A stretch of 64,000 nt of DNA from an uncultured delta proteobacterium (GTDB lineage Bacteria; Myxococcota; UBA727; VGSZ01). A program made the translations under genes and the position numbers. Location: contig CAVZJB010000003.1 of the NCBI GenBank assembly GCA_963775425.1, forward strand, positions 96,001-160,000. The letters run 5' to 3'. The notes under the pieces were generated by a model. It had not been told where the DNA came from. It did no database searches and saw only the letters and a program-made list of their open reading frames with translations. The stretch's first letter is position 1, and each line of letters begins with the position of its first letter. Below are positions 1 through 9,188 of this stretch, piece by piece.

Positions 1-1
1 C

Positions 2-331
2 GTCAGCTTCGAGCCGCCGATCGTCCTCGTGGCTCTGCTGCTGTTCCGCGAGGCGCTGCAGCTCCCGCTGCTCCTCGTCTACCTCACGTCGTGGCTCCCC
101 CGCGGCCGCCACGCCGACCTGGCCGCGGTGCCCGCCGGCAAGCTCACCACCGTGCTCCAGTTCGGCGCGCTCGTCTGCATCGTCCTGCGCTCGCCGCTGC
201 TGTACGTGATGGCGCCGGCCGTGGCGCTGTCGGGCACCGTCGCCGTCGCGGTGTTCCTGCGACGGGCTTCGGTGGCGCTCGGCGAGCCCGCGACGGGCCG
301 CGCATTGGGCGAGCGGCCTGCGCCGCGCTGA
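2..331 (+). CDS. CDP-alcohol phosphatidyltransferase family protein, C-terminal part (runs off the window 5' end)
   Basis: Frame open from the window start. Hydrophobic, with LLLFRE and GKLTTVLQ motifs resembling the PgsA-family C-terminal half. Confidence 0.6.
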   Translation, partial: VSFEPPIVLVALLLFREALQLPLLLVYLTSWLPRGRHADLAAVPAGKLTTVLQFGALVCIVLRSPLLYVMAPAVALSGTVAVAVFLRRASVALGEPATGRALGERPAPR

Positions 332-376
332 CGTCGGCGCAGTTTGCCCGCGCGGGCGGGTGGGCTATCGGGTCGT

Positions 377-1537
377 ATGCGCGTGACCCTGAAGAAGCCG
401 CTCGCGCGCCACCTGAAAAGCGGTCACCCCTGGGTGTGGAACGACGCCGTCTCCGTGCCGAGCGGCGTGAACACCGGCGACGTCGTCGACGTCGTCGAGC
501 GCGACGGGACGTTCATCGCCCGCGGCCTGTACGACGCGCGCTCGCCGCTGGCGGTGCGCGTCGCCACGCTCGATCCCGACGAGCTCGTCGACGGCGCCTT
601 CGTCCGCGGCCACGTCGCCGAAGCCCTGCGCGCCCGCCGCGGGGTCATCGACGCGCGCGAGGTGACGGGCTTTCGCTGGCTCAACGGCGAAGGGGACAGG
701 CTGCCGGGCGTGGTCGTCGACGTCTACGGCCCGGTCGCGGTGGTGCGCCTCGACGGGGAGGCCGTGCGCGTGTGGCGCGACGACGTCGTCGCCGCCGTCG
801 TCGAGGAGGGGCGCGGCCTCGGCGTCGCCCACGTCTACGAGCGCGCGCGCAGGGGCCACGGTGAGGTGCTCTTCGGTGCGCCGCCGCCCGTGTCCGTGGA
901 GATCATCGAGCACGGCGCGCGCTTCGCGGTCGACGTGGTGCGCGGCCAGAAGACGGGGTTCTTCCTCGACCAGCGGGAGAACCGCCGGCTGGTGCGCGAC
1001 TGCGCCGCCGGGCTGAGCGTGCTCAACCTCTTTTGCTACACCGGCGGCTTCTCCGTGCAGGCGGCGCGAGGCGGCGCCGAGCGGGTGGTCTCCGTCGACG
1101 TCGCCGCCGAGGCCGTCGCCGCCGCCCGCGACAACTTCGCCTTGAACGGGCTCGACCCCGCCAGGCACGGCTTCGAGGCCGCGGACTGCTTCGACTTCCT
1201 CGAGGGCGCGCGCGCCCGGGGCGAGCGCTTCGGCATGGTCATCGTGGACCCGCCGAGCTTCGCGCCCTCGGAGCGCTCACGGGACGCCGCGCTCAAGGCG
1301 TACCGCAAGCTGAACGCGCTCGCGCTCTCCGTCGTCGAGGACGAGGGACTGTTCGTGAGCGCCTCGTGCTCGAGCCACGTGACCCAGGACGCCTTCCTGG
1401 AGATGCTGCGCGACGCGTCCACCGAGGTCCGCCGTCCGCTGCGCGTGCTCGAGGTGCGCGGCCAACCCGGCGACCACCCGACGACGCCGGCGTTCAAGGA
1501 GGGCCGCTACCTCAAGTGCGTCCTCGCCCGCACGTGA
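377..1537 (+). CDS. rlmI: Class I SAM-dependent rRNA methyltransferase, RlmI-like
   Basis: PUA-like GHPWVW N-terminus, GEGDRLPG, GQKTGFFLDQRENR, NLFCYTGGFS, DPPSF, SCS and C-terminal YLK. ATG at 377. Confidence 0.8.
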   Translation: MRVTLKKPLARHLKSGHPWVWNDAVSVPSGVNTGDVVDVVERDGTFIARGLYDARSPLAVRVATLDPDELVDGAFVRGHVAEALRARRGVIDAREVTGFRWLNGEGDRLPGVVVDVYGPVAVVRLDGEAVRVWRDDVVAAVVEEGRGLGVAHVYERARRGHGEVLFGAPPPVSVEIIEHGARFAVDVVRGQKTGFFLDQRENRRLVRDCAAGLSVLNLFCYTGGFSVQAARGGAERVVSVDVAAEAVAAARDNFALNGLDPARHGFEAADCFDFLEGARARGERFGMVIVDPPSFAPSERSRDAALKAYRKLNALALSVVEDEGLFVSASCSSHVTQDAFLEMLRDASTEVRRPLRVLEVRGQPGDHPTTPAFKEGRYLKCVLART

Positions 1538-1550
1538 CCCGCGGGCGTCC

Positions 1551-2246
1551 TCAGACGGCGGCGCCGAAGAGCTTGCCCGCGGCGGCGGTGAGGGCGAGCG
1601 CGAGGGCGCCCATGACGGCGACGCGCAGCGCGGCCTTGAGGGCGGGGGCGCCGCCGACGCGCGCGCCGACGGCGCCGAGGGCGACGAGGAAGACGAGGGC
1701 GCCGGCGGCGAGCGCGGGGACCACCGCCGCCGCGGGCGCGACGAGCGCCGTGAGCACCGGCAGCGCGGCGCCGGCCGAAAACGCCGCCGCCGACGTCAGC
1801 GCCGCCTGCAGCGGCTTCGCGCTCATGACGTCGGAGATGCCGAGCTCGTCGCGCGCGTGGGCGTGGAGCGCGTCCTTGTTCATGAGCTGCTCGGCGACCT
1901 GCGCCGCGAGCTCGGGGGTGAGCCCGCGCTTGACGTAGATGCCGGCGAGCTCCCGGTGCTCCGCCTCGGGCTGCGTGGCGAGCTCCTTGCGCTCGACGGC
2001 GAGGTCGGCCTTCTCGGTGTCGGCCTGCGAGCCCACCGAGACGTACTCGCCCGCGGCCATCGACATCGCGCCGGCGACGAGGCCGGCGACGCCGGTGGTG
2101 ACGAGGGCGCCGTGGCCGGCGTTTGCGGCCGCGACGCCGACGAGGAGGCTCGCGGTGGAGACGATGCCGTCGTTGGCGCCGAGCACGGCGGCGCGCAGCC
2201 AGCCGATGCGGTCGGTGCGGTGTCGCTCACGGTGGATCGGACGCAT
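1551..2246 (-). CDS. VIT1/CCC1 family Fe/Mn transporter
   Basis: LRAAVLGANDGIVS and AGAMSMAAGEYVSV signatures. Only the last 231 aa of the 974-aa ORF look coding. Confidence 0.9.
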   Translation of the reverse strand: MRPIHRERHRTDRIGWLRAAVLGANDGIVSTASLLVGVAAANAGHGALVTTGVAGLVAGAMSMAAGEYVSVGSQADTEKADLAVERKELATQPEAEHRELAGIYVKRGLTPELAAQVAEQLMNKDALHAHARDELGISDVMSAKPLQAALTSAAAFSAGAALPVLTALVAPAAAVVPALAAGALVFLVALGAVGARVGGAPALKAALRVAVMGALALALTAAAGKLFGAAV

Positions 2247-2281
2247 CGCGCGGCTCCCTCTCGCTCGTTCGCTCGGCGGCC

Positions 2282-4789
2282 TCACGGGTGCGCCGTGGCG
2301 CTCCCCCCAGGGAGGGGGCGCCGGCGCGCTTCGTAGCGCGCCCAGGGGTCGGGTGTCGTCGACAATCGATCGTGGAGCGTGAGGACGTTGAAGCTGTCGG
2401 CGCGCACGTCGTCGAGCTCGTCCCACGAGACCGGCACGGCCACCGGCGCGCCCGGGCGCGCGCGCGGCGAGTAGGCGACGATGGCGGTGGCGCCGCGGCC
2501 GTTGCGCAGGTGATCGACGAAGACCCGGCCGGCGCGCGCGGCCTTGCGCATGTTGGCGGTGAAGCGGTCGGCGGCCCCCGCCTCCATCGACGTCGCCACC
2601 TCGCGAGCGAAGCGCCGCACCTCGTCCCACGTGGCCGGTCCGGCGAGCGGGGCGACGACGTGGACGCCCTTGCCCCCGCTGACGAGCGCGAACGCGTGAA
2701 GCCCGCGCGCCTCCAGGCGGGCGCGCACGACGCGGGCGGCCTCGACCACGCGCGCCCAGGGGAGCCCCTCGTCGGGGTCGAGGTCGAAGACGACGCGGTC
2801 GGGGCGCTCGGGGGCGTCGCGGGCGGCGCCCCAGCAGTGGAATTCGAGGACGCCCATCTGCACGAGGCCGACGAGGCCGGCGGCGTCGTGGACCGCGAGC
2901 ATCTCCTTGCCGCCCCTGACGTCGACGCCGCCGACGTCGATGGCGCCGACGGCTTGCGGCATGCCGCGCATCCGGTGCTTCTGGAAGAAGCGGCTGCCGT
3001 CGAGGCCCGTGGGACAGCGGACCACCGCGAGCGGGCGGCCGGCGGCGTAGGGGAGCATGAGCGGCGCCACCGCGTCGACGTAGCGCGCGACGTCGCCCTT
3101 GGTGACGGCGCTCTCCCGGCCGCGGCGCCTCACGCGGAACAGCACGCGGCCGGGGTTGCTGATGCGCACGCCGGCGACGACGTCGTCGGGCGGCTCGCCT
3201 CCGTTCGACGCCGCGGCCGCGCGAGCGCCGCGCGCCCGCCCGCCTGAGCTCCGCGGCGCGCCCGTCTTGTCCCGGCGCACCCCGAGGTACGAGGGCTGGC
3301 GCAGGCGGCCGTCGCCGGTGATCTCGCGGTAGGCGACCTCGACGACGAGCCGCGGCTCGACCCACACCGCGTGCGCGACGCGCGGCCACGCCGGACGCGC
3401 CGGCGTCGCGCGCGCGTGCGGCGCCAGGCGCGCGAGCAACGCGCGGCGCTCGCGCTCGGTGAAGCCCGTGCCCACCTTGCCGCGAAAGATCAGGTCCTCG
3501 CCGGCGACGAGGAGCGCGCCGACGCCGTCGCCGCCCCTGGTCAACGGGGTGTAGCCGACGACGACGAATTCCTCGTGCGTCACCAGGCGCAGCTTGCGCC
3601 ACGCGTCGCTGCGCTCCGAGCGGTACGGGGCGTCCGCGCGCTTGCTCACCATGCCCTCGAAGCCGCGCCGCTTCATCTCGTCGAGGAACGCGGCGCCGTT
3701 GCCCGCGACCCACGGGACGAGCCGCAGCGGGGCCGTGCCGTCGCCGGCGCCGCGTCTTCCGCGCCGCGGCGGGCCGAGGAGGTCCGAGAGCACGCGCTTG
3801 CGCTCGAGCAGCGGCTCGTCGCGAAGGTCGCGGCCGTCCACGAAGAGGCAGTCGAAGACGAACAGCGCCACGCGGCCCGCGCCGCCGTCGTCGCCGCCGT
3901 CGCCCCCGAGGGCGCGTTGCAGCGCCTGGAAGCTCGAAGCGCCCTCGGCGTCGACGACCGCCACCTCGCTGTCGAGGAGCACGCTCCCGCAAGGCAGCGC
4001 CGCCACCGCCCGCGCCACCGCGGGGAAGCGCGCGGTCCAATCGAGGCCGCGCCGCGTGAAGAGCTTCACGTCGTCGCCGTCCTTGCGGGCCAGGATGCGG
4101 TAGCCGTCGATCTTCGGCTCGTGCAGCCACGCGTCGCCGGCGGGCGGCTCCGTGACCGGCGCGCACAGCTCCGGCTCCACGAACGCGGGTACCGCCGGAT
4201 CGGTCGAGATCTCCTTCAGCGAGCGGCCCGTCTTCACGCTCGCCCCCTCGAGGTCGGCGGCGCCGGCGGCGCGGGCTTCGTCGCGGGAGTTGACCGAGCG
4301 CGACCGCTCCCTCCCGTCGCTGATCAAGAGCCACTGCGATCGCTCCCCCGCGCCGCGCAGGCGAACGAGGTGGAAGCGCCCCTTCAGCTTCTCTCCCTCG
4401 AGCGAGAACGCGAGGCGGCCGTGCGCGACGCCGTCGGCGGGGTCGCCCTCGGGGACGTACGTGCCCGCGTCCCACAAAAGGACCGTGCCGCCGCCGTACG
4501 CGCCCTTCGGGATGGTCCCCTCGAAGCCGCCGTACGCGAGCGGGTGGTCCTCGGTCTGCACCGCCAGACGCTCGTCGGACGGATCGAGGCTCGGCCCCTT
4601 CGGCACCGCCCAGCTCACGAAGACGCCGTCGACCTCGAGTCGAAAGTCGTAGTGCAGCCGGCGCGCGTCGTGCTTTTGCACCACGAAGCGCAGCGCGCCC
4701 GCGCCCGCGTCGCCCTCGACGTCGCCCGCGGGCTCCGGCGTCTCCTGGGAGCGGCGCTTGTCGCGGTAGCGCGCGAGCGAAGGCCTCAT
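2282..4789 (-). CDS. ligD: NHEJ DNA ligase D (phosphoesterase-ligase-polymerase)
   Basis: PE domain (FVVQKHDARRLHYDFRLE, SWAVPKGPS), ligase (EPKIDGYR, EGMVSK, GKVGTGF) and POL domain (FFQKH, DLDP, SGGKGVHV). ATG overlaps the Ku stop (ATGA). Confidence 0.95.
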   Translation of the reverse strand: MRPSLARYRDKRRSQETPEPAGDVEGDAGAGALRFVVQKHDARRLHYDFRLEVDGVFVSWAVPKGPSLDPSDERLAVQTEDHPLAYGGFEGTIPKGAYGGGTVLLWDAGTYVPEGDPADGVAHGRLAFSLEGEKLKGRFHLVRLRGAGERSQWLLISDGRERSRSVNSRDEARAAGAADLEGASVKTGRSLKEISTDPAVPAFVEPELCAPVTEPPAGDAWLHEPKIDGYRILARKDGDDVKLFTRRGLDWTARFPAVARAVAALPCGSVLLDSEVAVVDAEGASSFQALQRALGGDGGDDGGAGRVALFVFDCLFVDGRDLRDEPLLERKRVLSDLLGPPRRGRRGAGDGTAPLRLVPWVAGNGAAFLDEMKRRGFEGMVSKRADAPYRSERSDAWRKLRLVTHEEFVVVGYTPLTRGGDGVGALLVAGEDLIFRGKVGTGFTERERRALLARLAPHARATPARPAWPRVAHAVWVEPRLVVEVAYREITGDGRLRQPSYLGVRRDKTGAPRSSGGRARGARAAAASNGGEPPDDVVAGVRISNPGRVLFRVRRRGRESAVTKGDVARYVDAVAPLMLPYAAGRPLAVVRCPTGLDGSRFFQKHRMRGMPQAVGAIDVGGVDVRGGKEMLAVHDAAGLVGLVQMGVLEFHCWGAARDAPERPDRVVFDLDPDEGLPWARVVEAARVVRARLEARGLHAFALVSGGKGVHVVAPLAGPATWDEVRRFAREVATSMEAGAADRFTANMRKAARAGRVFVDHLRNGRGATAIVAYSPRARPGAPVAVPVSWDELDDVRADSFNVLTLHDRLSTTPDPWARYEARRRPLPGGSATAHP

Positions 4790-5598
4790 GCCCGCTTCCT
4801 GTGGCTCTTCCTGGCGGGCTTGGCCGCCCCGCGCTCCGCCACGCTCTTTTTCAACAGCGACATGATGTCGACGACCTCGCCGCCGTCGTCGCGCTTGCTC
4901 GGCGCTGGCGCGGGGATCTTCTCGGGGTGCGCGCTGCGCTCCTCGATGAGCTTCATCAGGTCGTCGTGGTAGGTGTCCTTCACCTTGAGCTCTGCGAACG
5001 GCACGTGCATGCCCTCGACGAGCTTCACCGCCATGTCCAGCTCGGCGGCCTGGATCTTCGGGTGCGAGACCGCGGGCTTTTCGCCGATCTCGTCGTCGAA
5101 GCGCAGGAGCTCGAGCACCAGGGAGCCCTCGTGGGGGACGACGGCGCAGAGGTGTTGGCGATTGCGCAGCACCAGCGTGGCGATTCCCACCTTGCCGGTC
5201 TTTGTGAGCGCCTCGGTCAACAGCTCGCAGGCCTTGGCGCCGCGGGGAAGCGGCGTGATCCAATACGGGCGCTCGAAGCGCGTCACGGGGATCTCGCCGG
5301 GGTCGACGAAGCTCAGGATGTCGATGGTCTCGGTGGCCTTGACGTTGGCGCGCTTGAAGTCGTCGTCGGTGAGGATGACGTACTTGCCCTTGTCCACCTC
5401 GTATCCCTTGATGCGCCGCTCCTTCGGCACCTCCTCGCCGGTGTTCTTGTTCACGTGCCGATAGCCGACGGGAGAGTGGTCCTTGTCGTCGAGCAGCGTG
5501 AAGGAGAGCTCCTCGCCGCCGTCCTCGGCGCGCACGAGGCCGACGGGGATCTGGACGAGCCCGAAGCTGATGCTGCCTTGCCACAGGGGTCTTGCCAT
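4786..5598 (-). CDS. ku: NHEJ Ku protein
   Basis: MARPLWQGSISFGLVQIPV, KGYEVDKGKYV, DIMSLLKKS and a basic tail. Directly upstream of ligD. Confidence 0.95.
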   Translation of the reverse strand: MARPLWQGSISFGLVQIPVGLVRAEDGGEELSFTLLDDKDHSPVGYRHVNKNTGEEVPKERRIKGYEVDKGKYVILTDDDFKRANVKATETIDILSFVDPGEIPVTRFERPYWITPLPRGAKACELLTEALTKTGKVGIATLVLRNRQHLCAVVPHEGSLVLELLRFDDEIGEKPAVSHPKIQAAELDMAVKLVEGMHVPFAELKVKDTYHDDLMKLIEERSAHPEKIPAPAPSKRDDGGEVVDIMSLLKKSVAERGAAKPARKSHRKRA

Positions 5599-5721
5599 GG
5601 GGAACGCAGATGCATGCCGCGCGCCCGCCAGGTCGTGTGCGCTCGCGCGCCCTTGTGTGTCATCGCGCCCGCCGGCGGCGCGCACCCTCAAGGCGCAAAG
5701 CCGCACAGGGGCCCGCGCTGC

Positions 5722-5737
5722 TGGCGCAGCGGGTGCA
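5722..5737 (+). promoter_or_regulatory. Possible sigma54 (-24/-12) promoter
   Basis: TGGCGCAGCGGGTGCA fits GG-N10-GC and lies just upstream of the ATG at 5761. Chance matches are common in GC-rich DNA. Confidence 0.35.
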
Positions 5738-5760
5738 GATGGGGGCGGCAGGAGGCCTCC

Positions 5761-6246
5761 ATGGGAACTGTCATCATCGTTGTCGCCGACTTCGTGCGCG
5801 CGCGCTTCTTCTCGCAGACGTCGCGCGGCGCCCCGCTGCGGCTCATCGACGAGATCCTTCGCCCCGACGCCGGCCTGCGCAACCAGGACCTGGTCAGCGA
5901 CCGCCCCGGCCGCCCGCACGGGCGCCCCCAGGACGCCTACAACCCGCAGCAGACGGCCAAGGAGACCGAGCAGGAGCGCATGGCGGCGGACATCGCCGCG
6001 CGCGTCGACAAGGCCCGCGTCGCCGGGCGCTTCGACGAGCTCGTGCTCGTCATGGGGCCGCGCCTCCTCGGCGGCGTGCGCAAGGAGCTGCCGGACGGCA
6101 GCGCGCGCAAGATCGCCCTCACGGTCGAGAGCGACGTCGCGCAGCTCGATGAAAACCAGCTCACCGAGTACCTGCGCGGCAAGTGGTTCGTGCCGGAGGC
6201 GACCCGCGAGGCCATTCCGATGCCGCCGAACCGCGTCCGCAGCTGA
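5761..6246 (+). CDS. Host attachment protein family (baeRF12/AtsE-like release-factor homolog)
   Basis: IVVAD..RARFF, DLVSDRPGR and FDELVLV.GPRLLG.VRKEL motifs. GGAGG before the ATG. Confidence 0.8.
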   Translation: MGTVIIVVADFVRARFFSQTSRGAPLRLIDEILRPDAGLRNQDLVSDRPGRPHGRPQDAYNPQQTAKETEQERMAADIAARVDKARVAGRFDELVLVMGPRLLGGVRKELPDGSARKIALTVESDVAQLDENQLTEYLRGKWFVPEATREAIPMPPNRVRS

Positions 6247-6339
6247 CGCCGGATGCTGCGCTGCGTCGATGGCGGGGCTTGCGCGATGGAATCCGGCCCC
6301 TAGTATGCCCCATCCTCCAGATGACCGAGGTGGGTCCGC

Positions 6340-7302
6340 GTGAAGTTCGCGTGCATGACGTGCGGCGCCAAATATTCGGTTCCCGATGGACGGCTCGAGG
6401 ACGCGGGCCCCCAGGGGCTGCGCATCCGCTGCTCGCGCTGCCGCGCGATCATGGTGGTCTCTGAGAGCCAGCGGCTGCTCACCCCCACGCCGCCGCGCGC
6501 CGACATCCCGCCGGACGAGGAGGAGGAGACCCGCAAGGAGCTCCGCCACCGCTCGCGCCGCGGGGGGCCGCCCACCATCTCCACGGACTCCCTGCAGCGC
6601 GAGACGTCGCCGCAGGTGCACGACGACGGCATGCCGGCGGCGCTGTCGGCGTCGGGCGTGTACCGGCCGCTGCCCGGCGTGCAGCGCCAGGTTACCGGCC
6701 TGTTCTTCCCCGAGCTCGACGAGCTGCAGGCCGAGGGGAAGCTGGTCTCGAGCCGCGTGTGGTACGCCGCCGTCGACAGCCGGCCCCGCGGCCCGTTTTC
6801 GGCGAGCGAGATGGTGTCGCTCGCGGAGCAGGGAAAGATCCGCGAGTCCACGCTCGTGTGGCGCCCGGGCTTCTCCACGTGGAAGCAGGTCCGCCACGCC
6901 GACGACGGCGGCCGCGAGGACCTCGGCTGGCTCCGCAAGATCGTGAAGGCCCGCAAGCTGCGGGAGCGCGACGCCCAGCGCCGCGCCGAGGCCCTCCACG
7001 GCATCAAGCCGGTGAGCCTCACGCGCACCTCGTCGGGGGGGCGCAGGACCGACGGCAGCTCGGTCGCGCCGGGCATGCCGCCGCCGCTGCCCGAGGACGC
7101 CGTCGACGACATCCAGCCGCTCGCGCAGTCGTCGGGGTTTCACTGGCGCGCCCAGGAGCACCCCGCCGCGGGCGTCCGCCGGCAAACCCGCCTGCTGTGG
7201 GCGCTCGGCGTGGGCGCCTTCGCCGTCGTCGCGGTCGCGGTCGCCGTCGTGGTGCTGCGGGCCAACGCCATCGAGCGCCTCATCGGCCTGCTCCTGCAAT
7301 GA
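6340..7302 (+). CDS. Zinc-ribbon (MJ0042-type) plus GYF_2 domain membrane protein, GltJ/AgmX-like N-terminal architecture
   Basis: CMTCGAKY and CSRC, GYF_2 motif WYAAVDSRPRGPFS...TLVWRPGFSTW, C-terminal TM helix. Confidence 0.75.
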   Translation: MKFACMTCGAKYSVPDGRLEDAGPQGLRIRCSRCRAIMVVSESQRLLTPTPPRADIPPDEEEETRKELRHRSRRGGPPTISTDSLQRETSPQVHDDGMPAALSASGVYRPLPGVQRQVTGLFFPELDELQAEGKLVSSRVWYAAVDSRPRGPFSASEMVSLAEQGKIRESTLVWRPGFSTWKQVRHADDGGREDLGWLRKIVKARKLRERDAQRRAEALHGIKPVSLTRTSSGGRRTDGSSVAPGMPPPLPEDAVDDIQPLAQSSGFHWRAQEHPAAGVRRQTRLLWALGVGAFAVVAVAVAVVVLRANAIERLIGLLLQ

Positions 7303-8636
7303 GCGGCGCGCGGGGAGATCAGGCGACGCTCGTCCGCGGCGCGCGGGTCATCGATCCCGCGGCGGGCGTCGACGCCGTGGTCGATCTCCTGGTGTCGCCG
7401 TCCGGCGTCGTCCTCGATCCGTCCGGGCTGCCGCCCGGCGCCGCCGTCTACGACGCCCGCGGCCGGTGGGCGCTGCCCGGCCTCATCGATCTCCAGGTGC
7501 ACTTCCGCGAGCCGGGCCAGACGCACAAAGAAGACCTCGCCACGGGCTCGCGCGCGGCCGTCGCCGGCGGCGTCACCACCGTGGTGGTCATGCCGAACAC
7601 CACGCCCGTCCTCGACGATCCCGCCCTCGTGCACGCGCAGCACGAGCGCGCCGAGCGCCGCGGCCTCGCCCACGTTCTGGTGGCGGCGGCGGCCACGGTC
7701 GGCAGCAAGGGCGAGCGCATCAGCGACTACGCCGCGCTCAAGGGCGCCGGCGCCGTCGCCGTCACCGACGACGGCCTCCCCGTCCTCGACGACGACGTCA
7801 TGCGCGCCGCCCTCGCGGAGTGCCGCCGGCAGGACTTGCTGTTCATGCAGCACGCCGAGGACACGCGCATCACGCACCACGATCCCATGACGGCGTGCGA
7901 CGTCTCCCGCGCCGCCGGCGTCGCCGGGCAGCCACCCGAGGCCGAGAGCCGGATCGTCGAGCGCGACGTCGCGATGGCCGCTGCGCTGGGCGCGCGCTAC
8001 CACGTGCTCCACCTCTCGACGGCGGCGAGCCTTCAGGCCGTCCGGCGCGCCAAGGCCGCGGGGGCGCGCGTGAGCTGCGAGGCGTCGCCGCACCACCTGC
8101 TGCTCACCCACGACGACGTCGTCAAGGCCGGCGTGGGCGCGCCGCTGTCCGAGGCGGACCTCGATCCCAACCGCAAGATGAACCCGCCGCTGCGCTCCGC
8201 CGCCGACCGCGCGGCGCTCGTCGAGGGCCTGCGGGACGGCACCGTCGACGCCGTCGCCACCGACCACGCGCCGCACAGCGACGACGAGAAGGGCCGCGGC
8301 TTCGTGCGCGCGCCGTTCGGCGTCACCGGGCTCGAGACCATGCTCGCGGCCGTGCTCTCGTTCGTGCACGACGGCACCATCGACGCCCGCCGCGCGGTGG
8401 AGCTCGTCACCGCGGGGCCCGCGCGCGTGCTCGGCAGGAGCGGCGAGCTCGGCACGCTCGCAGGCGCGCAGGCGCCCGCCGACGTCTGCCTCGTCGATCC
8501 CGCGCGCGTCTGGGAGGTGGGCCGCGGCACGCTGGCGTCGCGCTCGCACAACTCGGGCTTCCTCGGCCGCACGCTCAAGGGCCGGGTGACGGCCACCTTC
8601 CTGCGCGGCCGCCGCGTCTACGAGCTGCTGTCGTGA
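7299..8636 (+). CDS. pyrC: Dihydroorotase (type I)
   Basis: PGLIDLQVHFREPG, MPNT, HAED, KMNPPLR, ATDHAPH and PFGVTGLET. ATGA overlap with the upstream gene. Confidence 0.9.
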   Translation: MSGARGDQATLVRGARVIDPAAGVDAVVDLLVSPSGVVLDPSGLPPGAAVYDARGRWALPGLIDLQVHFREPGQTHKEDLATGSRAAVAGGVTTVVVMPNTTPVLDDPALVHAQHERAERRGLAHVLVAAAATVGSKGERISDYAALKGAGAVAVTDDGLPVLDDDVMRAALAECRRQDLLFMQHAEDTRITHHDPMTACDVSRAAGVAGQPPEAESRIVERDVAMAAALGARYHVLHLSTAASLQAVRRAKAAGARVSCEASPHHLLLTHDDVVKAGVGAPLSEADLDPNRKMNPPLRSAADRAALVEGLRDGTVDAVATDHAPHSDDEKGRGFVRAPFGVTGLETMLAAVLSFVHDGTIDARRAVELVTAGPARVLGRSGELGTLAGAQAPADVCLVDPARVWEVGRGTLASRSHNSGFLGRTLKGRVTATFLRGRRVYELLS

Positions 8637-9127
8637 GCGCCGCGGGCAAGAAGAAGCCGCTCACGCTCGAGGGGTACCGCCGGCTCTTGAAGGAGCACGA
8701 GCAGCTCTCCAAGGTGGAGCGGCCGCGGGTGGTGCAGGGCGTGGCCAACGCCGCCGCCGAGGGCGACCGCAGCGAGAACGCGGAGTACATCTACGGCAAG
8801 AAGCGCCTGCGCGAGATCGACAAGCGCCTGCAGTACCTGTCGTCGCTGCTCGGCGACGTGCAGATCGTCGACCCGGGCACGCTCACGGGCGCCAAGGTGT
8901 GCTTCGGGGCGTCCGTGGTGATCGTCGAAGACGGCGGCGCCCGGAAGAGGTGGCAGATCGTCGGCGAGGGCGAGAGCGACACCGCCAAGGGGACCATCTC
9001 CTGGAAGTCGCCCATGGCGCGGGCGCTCCTTGGCAAGATCACCGGGGACGTCGTCACGGTGGAACGACCGGCCGGGGAGATCGACGTCGAGATCGTCGAG
9101 ATCTGGTTCGGCGAAAAGAGGATCTGA
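8633..9127 (+). CDS. greB: Transcription elongation factor GreB
   Basis: AAAEGDRSENAEYIYGKKRLREIDKR and ISWKSPMARALLGK. GTGA overlap with pyrC. Confidence 0.9.
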   Translation: MSAAGKKKPLTLEGYRRLLKEHEQLSKVERPRVVQGVANAAAEGDRSENAEYIYGKKRLREIDKRLQYLSSLLGDVQIVDPGTLTGAKVCFGASVVIVEDGGARKRWQIVGEGESDTAKGTISWKSPMARALLGKITGDVVTVERPAGEIDVEIVEIWFGEKRI

Positions 9128-9188
9128 CAATGCGGCGGTTCACGCCGCGCGTGCGTTCCGCGGTGGAGCTTCGGGGTACTGTCCGCCC

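Noticed and set aside
2282-7299. Apparent 1100-aa LigD, 837-aa Ku and 974-aa VIT1 ORFs suggesting fusions
   Set aside because: The N-terminal extensions are Arg/Pro-rich off-frame read-through typical of high-GC DNA. The likely true starts are 4789, 5598 and 2246.
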